A stretch of 63,803 nucleotides of DNA. It comes from Eubacteriales bacterium (lineage in GTDB: Bacteria; Bacillota; Clostridia; Oscillospirales; CAG-382). The notes beneath the pieces are model-generated. The model saw only the letters and a program-made list of their open reading frames with translations, ran no database searches and was not told where the DNA came from. The DNA lies in contig JAZSQJ010000045.1 of the NCBI GenBank assembly GCA_045537905.1, forward strand, positions 1-63,803, read 5' to 3'. The position numbers were made by a program, and so were the translations under genes. The number at the start of each line of letters is the position of its first letter. The first letter of the stretch is position 1. Of the stretch, positions 46,403 to 54,725 are shown piece after piece.

Positions 46403-48913
46403 CTATTTTGCATCAAACCAGCTCTTGCCCACGTGGGCATCTGCCACCAGGGGTACAAGAAGCTTTACAGTGTTTTCCATCTTTTCTTTTAATATCAAGA
46501 GAGCCCTTTCTGCCTCCTCCTCAGGAGCCTCCACAATCAGCTCGTCGTGGATTTGCAGTATAAGCCTTGCCTTCATTCCTGCCTCCTTCAGGGCCTTGTC
46601 AGTTTCCACCATTGCCTTTTTAATAATGTCGGCGGCAGTGCCCTGTATAGGAGTGTTCATAGCAACACGCTCGCCAAAAGCGGCAAGGTTTTTGTTTTTA
46701 GCCGCCAGCTCGGGTATATAGCGTCTGCGTCCGAACAGGGTGCTTACGTACCCGTCAGCCTTAGCCTTTTTTACGGTTTCCTCAAGATATTCCTTAACCT
46801 TGGGATACTTGCGGAAATAAGCGTCAATATATTCCCCTGCCTCCTTACGGCTTACCCCGATGTCCTCGGAGAGGGAAAAGGCGCTTATACCGTAAACTAT
46901 GCCAAAGTTTACCGCCTTTGCACGCTTACGCATTTCGCTGTTAACCGAGTCAAGAGGCACGCCAAACACCTGAGAAGCGGTAATAGCGTGTATATCCTCC
47001 CCGTCACGGAAGGCGGCAATAAGAGTAGGGTCCCCCGAAACATGGGCAAGCACCCTCAGCTCTATCTGAGAGTAGTCTGCATCGATAAGCAGCCCCCCCT
47101 CCTCAGCTACAAAGAACTTACGGAACATCCTGCCAAGTTCTGTCTTTACAGGTATGTTCTGTAAATTAGGCTCGGTAGAGGAAAGTCTGCCCGTCATAGT
47201 AAGGGTTTGCTTAAAGGTGCTGTGTATACGGCCGTCCTTGTCGTCAATAACCTTGCAAAGCCCCTCTGCATAGGTGCTTTTAAGCTTGGCAAACTGGCGG
47301 TAGCTTAATATAAGGTCAACGATAGGGTGTAGCCGTCTTAGCTTTTGCATAACGTCCGCATCGGTAGAATAACCGCTTTTTGTCTTTTTGAAGTGGGGCA
47401 GCCCCAACTTTTCAAAAAGCACGGCGGCAAGCTGCTTGGGAGAGTTGATGTTAAACTCCTCGCCTGCCAGCATATATATAGCGTCCTCCGCCTCTGCCAT
47501 CCTGTCAGACAGAAAAGCAGAGTACTCCATAAGTCCCTCGCGGTTGACCTTAAAGCCCATACGCTCCATTTCAACAAGCAGTCGTGTAAGCTTAAGCTCG
47601 ATGTTTCTGTAAAGCTGAAGCTGTCCGTTAACGGCGGCTTGCTCCTTAAGGTTTGCCTCAAGCTGAGGAAGCATAAGCACCTCTGCCTCTGCATCCTGCT
47701 CGCCCTCAAAAAGCCCCAGTGCCTTGGCGGCACGGATAGGACTGCCCAGTCCGCCCTCCACGGGCTTAACCACGTAAGCCAGGAGAGATATATCGTCTAC
47801 GGGAGGGGCTATGTCAAAGTCAGCCGCCTCTGCCGTGTCCTTATAGCTCCAATAAACGCATCGGTCACCCAGCCTGTCAAAGAACAAAGCGGCATTCCTA
47901 TCCATAGGAAATTTAGCGTTTGTCTCCATACCGTCGGTCACGTAAAGGGTGCCGTTGCAGCAGTAAACGTAAAGGCTTTTTTGCTTTTTATAAAGGGAGG
48001 CAGCCTCCTCGGCGCTGCATTCCGTAAAAGGCTGTTTTTCTATTTTAGCCTCAGCAGGCTCTGCCTCAAGACGAAGCCTGTCTGCAATAGCCTTAAGCTC
48101 CAGCCTAATGCAAAGCTCATACAGCTCCTTATCCTTACGCTGTATAAGACAATCCTCGGTGCCGCATTCGATAGGCACGTCCTTAACGATAGTAGCAAGG
48201 GTACGGCTGAGATAAGCGTCCTCCTTGCCTGTGCGCAGCTTTTCACCAAGACTGCCCTTTATGCCGTCAGCGGCGGCATACACTCCGTCAAGACTGCCGT
48301 GCTCAGCTATCAGCTTCAAGGCGCCCTTCTCACCGATACCCCTCACCCCGGGGATATTGTCACTGCTGTCACCCATCAGCGCCTTAACATCTATAAAGGC
48401 ATCGGGGGAAACACCGTACTTTTCGGTAAAAGCGGCACTGTCAAAAATCTTCGTCTCGTTAGTGGCGGCAAGATACACGGTGGTGTGCCCGTTTATAAGC
48501 TGCAGGCTGTCCTTGTCGCCGGTGACAAGAATGCAGTCCATGCCCTTGTCCCCTGCCATTGCCGACAGGGTGCCAAGTATATCGTCTGCCTCGTAGCCTT
48601 CCTTTTCCAAAACCTTAAGCCCCAAAAACTCCGCCGCTTGCTTGGCGTAGGGAAGCTGTGCCGCCAGGTCGTCGGGCATACCGTGGCGGTTAGCCTTGTA
48701 GCCCTCAAACATCTTATGGCGGAAGGTGGGTGCACGCAGGTCAAAAGCCACCGCACCGTACTCGGCATCGCAAAGGCTCATATTCTTCAGTATTATATTA
48801 ATAAAGCCGTAAACAGCGTTGGTAGGGATACCGTCAGCAGTGCTGAGCGGTCTGATACCGTAGTAGGCACGGTTAAGAATACTGTTGCCGTCAAAAACAA
48901 TAATTTTACTCAC
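46403..48913 (-). CDS. polA: DNA polymerase I
   Basis: 5'-3' exonuclease DGNS, EADD and GDSSDNIPG; polymerase ADYSQIELR, AKAVNFGIVYG and QIHDEL; GTG start. Confidence 0.97.
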   Translation of the reverse strand: MSKIIVFDGNSILNRAYYGIRPLSTADGIPTNAVYGFINIILKNMSLCDAEYGAVAFDLRAPTFRHKMFEGYKANRHGMPDDLAAQLPYAKQAAEFLGLKVLEKEGYEADDILGTLSAMAGDKGMDCILVTGDKDSLQLINGHTTVYLAATNETKIFDSAAFTEKYGVSPDAFIDVKALMGDSSDNIPGVRGIGEKGALKLIAEHGSLDGVYAAADGIKGSLGEKLRTGKEDAYLSRTLATIVKDVPIECGTEDCLIQRKDKELYELCIRLELKAIADRLRLEAEPAEAKIEKQPFTECSAEEAASLYKKQKSLYVYCCNGTLYVTDGMETNAKFPMDRNAALFFDRLGDRCVYWSYKDTAEAADFDIAPPVDDISLLAYVVKPVEGGLGSPIRAAKALGLFEGEQDAEAEVLMLPQLEANLKEQAAVNGQLQLYRNIELKLTRLLVEMERMGFKVNREGLMEYSAFLSDRMAEAEDAIYMLAGEEFNINSPKQLAAVLFEKLGLPHFKKTKSGYSTDADVMQKLRRLHPIVDLILSYRQFAKLKSTYAEGLCKVIDDKDGRIHSTFKQTLTMTGRLSSTEPNLQNIPVKTELGRMFRKFFVAEEGGLLIDADYSQIELRVLAHVSGDPTLIAAFRDGEDIHAITASQVFGVPLDSVNSEMRKRAKAVNFGIVYGISAFSLSEDIGVSRKEAGEYIDAYFRKYPKVKEYLEETVKKAKADGYVSTLFGRRRYIPELAAKNKNLAAFGERVAMNTPIQGTAADIIKKAMVETDKALKEAGMKARLILQIHDELIVEAPEEEAERALLILKEKMENTVKLLVPLVADAHVGKSWFDAK

Positions 48914-49063
48914 AGGGCATACTCCCACAAAATAATTATTCATATTTAATGTTATCACTCTTTACTATTTTTGTCAATAAAAATGGAAAGAAAACACTTG
49001 AAAAAGTTATATATGTTTGATATAATGCACCTGTAAATAATATTTATAAAACAGGAGGCTATT

Positions 49064-49597
49064 ATGGAACTTAAGGGTACTAAGACAGAAAAGAATTTGA
49101 TGGAAGCTTTTGCCGGTGAAAGTCAGGCAAGAAACAAGTATACCTATTTTGCATCCGTTGCAAAGAAGGAAGGCTATGAGCAGATAGCTGAGATTTTCCT
49201 TAAGACTGCAGAAAACGAAAAGGAACACGCAAAGCTTTGGTTTAAGGCTCTTGGTGAACTTGGCGATACCGCCGCTAACCTTGCAGCGGCTGCCGCAGGC
49301 GAAAACTATGAGTGGACCGATATGTACGACCGTTTTGCAAAGGACGCTGAGGAAGAAGGCTTTACCGAGCTTGCTTATCAGTTCAGAGCAGTAGCGGCTA
49401 TCGAAAAGTCACATGAGGAACGTTACCGTGCTCTCCTCAGCAACGTAGAGATGCAGGCTGTTTTCGCAAAGAGTGAGGAAACTATGTGGGAATGCCGTAA
49501 CTGCGGCCATCTCGTAATAGGCAAAAAGGCTCCTCAGCTTTGCCCTGTTTGCAAGCATCCTCAGAGCTTCTTTGAAGTAAGAAAAGAAAACTATTAA
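49064..49597 (+). CDS. rbr: Rubrerythrin
   Basis: [12 protein letters not shown]; EKEH and EKSH di-iron motifs; C-terminal CRNC..CPVC. Confidence 0.95.
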   Translation: MELKGTKTEKNLMEAFAGESQARNKYTYFASVAKKEGYEQIAEIFLKTAENEKEHAKLWFKALGELGDTAANLAAAAAGENYEWTDMYDRFAKDAEEEGFTELAYQFRAVAAIEKSHEERYRALLSNVEMQAVFAKSEETMWECRNCGHLVIGKKAPQLCPVCKHPQSFFEVRKENY

Positions 49598-49615
49598 GCA
49601 ATATAAAATATGTGA

Positions 49616-49659
49616 AAAAGGAGTTGTATCAAATCATTCGATTTGATACAACTCCTTTT
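49616..49659. terminator. Bidirectional terminator between rbr and the Na/Pi transporter
   Basis: AAAAGGAGTTGTATCAAATC..GATTTGATACAACTCCTTTT. Confidence 0.75.
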
Positions 49660-49668
49660 ATTAACCGA

Positions 49669-51414
49669 TTAAATCAAATACTTGCCTGCATATTCCGCAT
49701 ACTTCTCCTTAAAGAAGGGACTGGAGGACTTTGCGGTACGCAAGGATTCGTGTACGTTCATATTGTTCTGAACGGCGTCTATTATACAGCCTGCAATGTT
49801 AGAGCAGTGGTCAGAGCTACGCTCAAGGCTGGTAAGCAGGTCGTTCCATACAAAGCCAAGCTCGATACTGCAGCCGCCCTGCTGTAAACGGAGGATATGG
49901 TTGGTACGCAAACGCTCCTTTATCTTGTCGATAACCTGCTCCAGAGGCTCAACGCTGTTTGCCGCATCCAGGTCGTTATCAAGAAACGCCTTAAGGGTCA
50001 GGCCGAGTATCTCCTTAACAGCCTCGCAAAGCACCAAAAGCTCAGCCTTTGCATCGGCAGAGAAGGTCTTGTTCTTATCCAAAAGCTCCTCGGCGGACTT
50101 AAGTACGCTGACACCGTGGTCGGATATACGCTCAAAGTCGCCTATTATCTTAAGTAGCTTAGCCGCTTCCGCACTGTCACGGTCGGTGGTCTGGTGGGTG
50201 CTAAGCTTAACCAGATAGGTGCCTATTATATCCTCGTAATGGTCGTTTCTTTCTTCCTTTTCTTTTATGGACTCAGCCAGCTCCTGGCTGTAATTGTTAA
50301 GGCTTTCAAGTCCCTCACCAAGGCATTCCATAGCGCATTTTGCCATCTCGGCAGCAACGGCGTGGCAACGTTCTATAGCAACGGCAGGGGTAGCCAGCAA
50401 ACGCTCGTCCAGCTCTACAATCTTGTCCTTGCCCGTGTCGGGTACGAGCTTAACGACAAGTTTTTCAAGCAAAGCGGTTGCGGGTAACAGCATGGCGGTA
50501 CAAAGGAGATTGAACGCAGTGTGTACGATAGCAATACCTGCGTGGGTAGCACCCTCGTTTAGAATAGGCAGAGGCACGATGGCTTTAACTGCCCAGAACA
50601 CGCTAAGCAAAACCACAGAGCCTATAACGTTAAAGGTAAGGTGAAGCACTGCCGCACGCTTTGCGTTTTTGTTAGTGCCAAAGGAGGAGAGGATTGCGGT
50701 AACGCAGGTACCGATGTTCTGACCCATAATGATAGGCACAGCCGCGCCGTAGCTTACCTGACCGGTAACAGCCAGTGCCTGAAGCACACCCACGGAGGCA
50801 GAGCTGGACTGGATAGCCGCAGTAAGTATAGCGCCTGCCAGCAAGCCGAGAACCGGGTTTTCAAACATAACGAAAAGCTGTTGAAACTGGGGTACGTCTG
50901 CAAGCCCCTTAACGGCACTGCTCATCGTGTCCATGCCGAACATCAATGTAGCAAAGCCCAGGAGTATCATACCCGTATCCTTTCGTTTATTGGCTTTGCT
51001 GAACATATAGAATATAATACCAATCAGAGCGAGCACGGGAGTAAAGGAGGTAGGCTTAAGGAGCTGAACAAAAACGTTGTCGCTGTCGATACCGCCAAGG
51101 CTGAGTATCCACGCAGTAATGGTGGTACCTATGTTGGCGCCCATTATTACGTTGATTGCCTGTCGCAGAGTCATAAGTCCCGAGTTTACAAAACCCACTA
51201 CCATAACGGTGGTAGCAGAGGAGCTTTGTATAACGGCGGTAATGCCCATACCCGTAAGCAAGCCGATTATCCTGCCCGAGGTAAGCTTTTCAAGCAGGGA
51301 TTGCAATTTGTTACCTGCCTTACGTTCAAGAGCCTGTCCCATAATATTCATACCGAAAAGGAACAGACACAAGCCGCCAATCATAGTCAGCACGTCAAAA
51401 ATATCCATACGCAA
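49669..51414 (-). CDS. Na/Pi cotransporter family protein with C-terminal PhoU-like domain
   Basis: QSSSAT and QSSSAS repeats; GANIGT and GQNIGT; ERISDH and ERSSDH. Confidence 0.9.
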   Translation of the reverse strand: MRMDIFDVLTMIGGLCLFLFGMNIMGQALERKAGNKLQSLLEKLTSGRIIGLLTGMGITAVIQSSSATTVMVVGFVNSGLMTLRQAINVIMGANIGTTITAWILSLGGIDSDNVFVQLLKPTSFTPVLALIGIIFYMFSKANKRKDTGMILLGFATLMFGMDTMSSAVKGLADVPQFQQLFVMFENPVLGLLAGAILTAAIQSSSASVGVLQALAVTGQVSYGAAVPIIMGQNIGTCVTAILSSFGTNKNAKRAAVLHLTFNVIGSVVLLSVFWAVKAIVPLPILNEGATHAGIAIVHTAFNLLCTAMLLPATALLEKLVVKLVPDTGKDKIVELDERLLATPAVAIERCHAVAAEMAKCAMECLGEGLESLNNYSQELAESIKEKEERNDHYEDIIGTYLVKLSTHQTTDRDSAEAAKLLKIIGDFERISDHGVSVLKSAEELLDKNKTFSADAKAELLVLCEAVKEILGLTLKAFLDNDLDAANSVEPLEQVIDKIKERLRTNHILRLQQGGCSIELGFVWNDLLTSLERSSDHCSNIAGCIIDAVQNNMNVHESLRTAKSSSPFFKEKYAEYAGKYLI

Positions 51415-51523
51415 ACATATCCTTTCAACATCCGTTTACTTAAAAGCCAACTTACCACAAATACATTATAACACATAGGAAAAAGTCAGGCAACAGTTTT
51501 TTTGCTGTTTTATGTAAAAAACT

Positions 51524-51825
51524 GCAAAAAAATATGAAATAAAAAAGGTCCGGCGTGGCACGTTGATGTGCCACGCCGTACTACTTCTTGTAACAATTAA
51601 TAATGATTTTTGCGGTCCGGCCTTTTTAATTCTGCGTAGGGAATAGGAAAAAATGGTTGGAACGGACGAACCTAGGCGAGAGCTGTACCTGGTACTGCGA
51701 GCCGACGGTTCGTTCGTAGCAAAAAAATATGAAATAAAAAAGGTCCGGCGTGGTACGTTGATGTGCCACGCCGGACTACTTCTTGTAACAATTAATGATG
51801 TTTTTTTGCGATCCGGCCTTTTTTT
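51524..51825 (+). repeat. Direct repeat of about 105 bp (51524-51627 and 51719-51825), each containing a long GC hairpin
   Basis: GCAAAAAAATATGAAATAAAAAAGGTCCGGCGTGG(C/T)ACGTTGATGTGCCACGCCG..CTACTTCTTGTAACAATTAAT..CCGGCCTTTTT occurs twice at a 195-bp period. Confidence 0.95.
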
Positions 51826-51836
51826 ACATTCCCTAC
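51636..51836 (+). repeat. Structured 201-bp element with 9-bp terminal inverted repeats; structural homologue of the 54418-54641 element
   Basis: GTAGGGAAT/ATTCCCTAC ends; contains the GACGAACC..GGCGA..TGTAC...GTACT..GAGCC..GGTTCGTT hairpin at 51662-51717. Confidence 0.7.
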
Positions 51837-52417
51837 ACGATACCGGTAACGAAAATCTCTACACCTATAAGTATCAAAATCACTCCGCCGAATATCTCCG
51901 CCTTGCCTGCAAAATGGTTACCAAACCTTTTGCCTATGTGTACCCCTGCAAAGCAGATAGCAAATGTAATTACAGCGATAATCAAGGCGCAGATAAGAGC
52001 CTCCTTAGTGTTGTGGTCGGCAATGGTAAAGCCAACGGAAAGGGCGTCTATAGAGGTGGCAAGCCCCTGTAACAGCAAAGCGCCTATACCGCCCGAGGAC
52101 TTTTCCTCTTCGCCGTGGCAGTGGTTGTGCTTTATACCGTCTGCCAGCATCTTAGCGCCTATGGCAAAAAGCAAAAGCAAAGCAATCCAGGGTATAAACC
52201 TTTCAAAGGCGGTAAAATACTCAAGCATAGTGTGTACGCACAGCCAACCGATAAGGGGCATCAATGCCTGAAAAAAGGCAAAGCAGGCGGCGGTAGACAA
52301 AACGCCCTTAGCCTTCATTTTTGGGTCGCTAAGTCCACGGACGAGAGAAACGGAAAAGGCGTCCATAGCAAGCCCTACGCCTAAAAGAATACAATTTGTA
52401 AAAAACACCGTAGTCAT
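51833..52417 (-). CDS. mntP: Manganese efflux pump MntP
   Basis: GLAMDAFSVS, FQALMP.IG, ATSIDAL.VG, AEIFGG. Confidence 0.9.
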   Translation of the reverse strand: MTTVFFTNCILLGVGLAMDAFSVSLVRGLSDPKMKAKGVLSTAACFAFFQALMPLIGWLCVHTMLEYFTAFERFIPWIALLLLFAIGAKMLADGIKHNHCHGEEEKSSGGIGALLLQGLATSIDALSVGFTIADHNTKEALICALIIAVITFAICFAGVHIGKRFGNHFAGKAEIFGGVILILIGVEIFVTGIV

Positions 52418-52619
52418 TTTTTGCCTTCACTTTCAGATTATCGTTGTACAAGGGATATTTTAACAGTGCATAGGGACACTGTCAATAAGCAAAATACAGA
52501 AAAAACAAAAAATGATTGGAAAAAATAATATTTTTTTGCAAAAAACTATTGCAATATCAAAAATTATGTGCTATTATTAGCAAGTTGATAGACACAAATT
52601 GTTTTAGGAGGTGAGTTGC

Positions 52620-52883
52620 TTGCCGAACATCAAGTCAGCTAAAAAGAGAGTAAAGGTTATCGCAGTTAAGACTTTGCGTAACAAGATTATCAAGTCCGCA
52701 CTTAAGACTTCTATAAGAAAGTACGAGGCTGCTCTCGCAGACGGCAATAAGGAGCTTGCCGCTGCTACCTATAAGGAAGCTGTTGCAAAGATCGATAAGG
52801 CTGTATCCAAGGGCATTATGCACAAGAATACTGCCGCAAGACGCAAGAGTCGTTTCACTCGTTTGCTTAACGGTTTAGCTTAA
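52620..52883 (+). CDS. rpsT: 30S ribosomal protein S20
   Basis: TTG start, PNIKSAKKR...HKNTAARRKSR; AGGAGG RBS. Confidence 0.97.
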   Translation: MPNIKSAKKRVKVIAVKTLRNKIIKSALKTSIRKYEAALADGNKELAAATYKEAVAKIDKAVSKGIMHKNTAARRKSRFTRLLNGLA

Positions 52884-53048
52884 GGCTTTTATTAAGGCGT
52901 AACAGGTCTGTACCCTAAAGGGTGCAGGCCTTTTTCCTTTTCAAAATGCCGACAGGGTGTATGGGGCGAGTATTTTAATAAAAGCTATTTACATATAGTT
53001 TTGGGTGTGATATACTAAAAAAGCCAAAACTATCCGAGAGGTGAAGTT

Positions 53049-54335
53049 ATGAAGTTGATAAAAAATACAGCAGTAGTTCTTGCGCTGCTTTTTGTATTTG
53101 CTCAAGGTGTGCTTGTCTTTGCGGAGGAATCCAGCGGCGACAGTGTATCAGAGCCTGAGTATGACTATACCGTGTCCTACGGCTACAGACCGCTGGAGTA
53201 TGCAGGTACCCCTGCCTCTGACTACGTAATAGGCACCACCCCTGCCACGGCTTATCTCAAGGCGGGTGATAACCATAAGGTGTCCGCGTGCTACTACAGC
53301 TTCCGTGACTATGAGTTTGCAGGCTGGAGCTGTAACGGCAAAAGATATCAGCCCGGCGAGATAATATATAACGTAAACAGCAATATGAAGCTAATTGCGG
53401 AGTGGAAGCGTCCTGCAAGACCTGATATGACTGTTCTTGGTATTATCAGCTATGCGGAAAACGGCAAGGTAACGGAGACCAAGTCCGTAGAGCTGGGCAC
53501 TATCCTTACACTTAAGGAGGGCTATTGGAAGGACGGCTACGGGCGTATCTTTAACGGCGGCAGTAGGTTTCTTCTTTCCTTTAATATCGTGGATTTTGTT
53601 CCTGCGGCAAAGGGCAGCAGTACCGTTTCCGTCAAGTATGACGGTGGCGGTGTAAGCGATGGCATACAGTCTGCCTTTGCAGTAGAAGCAGGCGGAAGCT
53701 TTATGGTTGACGGCTGTTACGGTGTTAAGGAGGGCTACAGCTTTTCGGGCTGGTCTGACGGTGAGGGCAGGGTGTATCTGGTAGGTGACACCTGTGTTGC
53801 CACGAAGGATACGGTGCTTACCGCCATCTGGCGTGAGAATGCAAAGCCGGCTCCCAACTACTGTACCGTAAACCTGAAGGTTGGCGAAGGCGGCGAGGGC
53901 TTGCCTGCAGGTAAAAGCACTGTGGAAAAGGGCAAAAGCTTTAGTTTTAAGATAAACGCCATAGAGGGCTATAAGCTTATATCCGTTGTAGCCGACGGAG
54001 CAGAGCTTGGCACCGGTGGGGAATACACCCTTACGGTAAACGCTGATATGAGCATCAGCGCAAGCTTTGAAAAGCTGCCGGAGCCTCCTGTTATAAACGA
54101 AAGCAAGGAGGAGGACTCTGACACAGAAGCGGACAGCGGCGAAACCGAGGAAAGCAGCACAGAGGCAGAAAGCAGTGAGTCTGCGGGGAATACCGAAGAC
54201 CCCGACGGTAAGGACGATAACGGCAGAAGAACGGTGTTCATAATAATAGCTACCGTAGTGTGTGTTGGCGCTATAGTTCTTGCGGGCTGGTTTTCCGCCA
54301 AAAGCAACAAGAAAAGAAATAAGAGAAGAAAGTAA
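53049..54335 (+). CDS. Membrane-anchored surface protein with InlB-B-like repeats and an acidic Ser-rich stalk
   Basis: Signal peptide; YEFAGW and GYSFSGW repeats; C-terminal TM + KKRNKRRK. Confidence 0.7.
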   Translation: MKLIKNTAVVLALLFVFAQGVLVFAEESSGDSVSEPEYDYTVSYGYRPLEYAGTPASDYVIGTTPATAYLKAGDNHKVSACYYSFRDYEFAGWSCNGKRYQPGEIIYNVNSNMKLIAEWKRPARPDMTVLGIISYAENGKVTETKSVELGTILTLKEGYWKDGYGRIFNGGSRFLLSFNIVDFVPAAKGSSTVSVKYDGGGVSDGIQSAFAVEAGGSFMVDGCYGVKEGYSFSGWSDGEGRVYLVGDTCVATKDTVLTAIWRENAKPAPNYCTVNLKVGEGGEGLPAGKSTVEKGKSFSFKINAIEGYKLISVVADGAELGTGGEYTLTVNADMSISASFEKLPEPPVINESKEEDSDTEADSGETEESSTEAESSESAGNTEDPDGKDDNGRRTVFIIIATVVCVGAIVLAGWFSAKSNKKRNKRRK

Positions 54336-54417
54336 AAGAAAATAAAGCAAAACAAAAACGGGCGTTCGCCCGATACCGTTAAGCTAAGAAAAAACCGGGT
54401 TCAGAAATGAGCCCGGT

Positions 54418-54641
54418 CAGCTTGATGACAAACCTTGTCATCAAGTTGGCAGAGTGCTGAGAAAGAGTGCAGGCAAGACGAACCGAGGCGATAACTGTAC
54501 TAAGTACTGTGAGCCGAGGTTCGTTTTGAACGAAAAAACAAATATAAAGTAGAAAATTCAGGAAAATTTTTCCTGAATTTTCTACTTTAGAATGAGTATA
54601 TTTTATTCTTTTTCGTGCTCTGTGCCTTTGTCAGCGGTCTG
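54418..54641 (+). mobile_element. Complete 224-bp MITE-like structured repeat with imperfect terminal inverted repeats
   Basis: CAGCTTGATGACAAA...TTTGTCAGCGGTCTG ends; second copy at 1-226; flanked on both sides by hairpins. Mobility is inferred, not shown. Confidence 0.65.
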
Positions 54642-54725
54642 ACCATCGGCATCCGATGGTTTTTTGTTTTTGGGATACCCAAGAAGCGGTTTGGCTTCAT
54701 GGGTGATTGCTTCAAATTAATGGCA

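Noticed and set aside
49032-49048. PerR/Fur-like palindrome TGTAAATAATATTTATA before rbr
   Set aside because: Plausible, but AT-rich and imperfect; cannot be distinguished from chance by eye
52418-52500. yybP-ykoY Mn riboswitch upstream of mntP
   Set aside because: The leader is short and shows no recognisable aptamer
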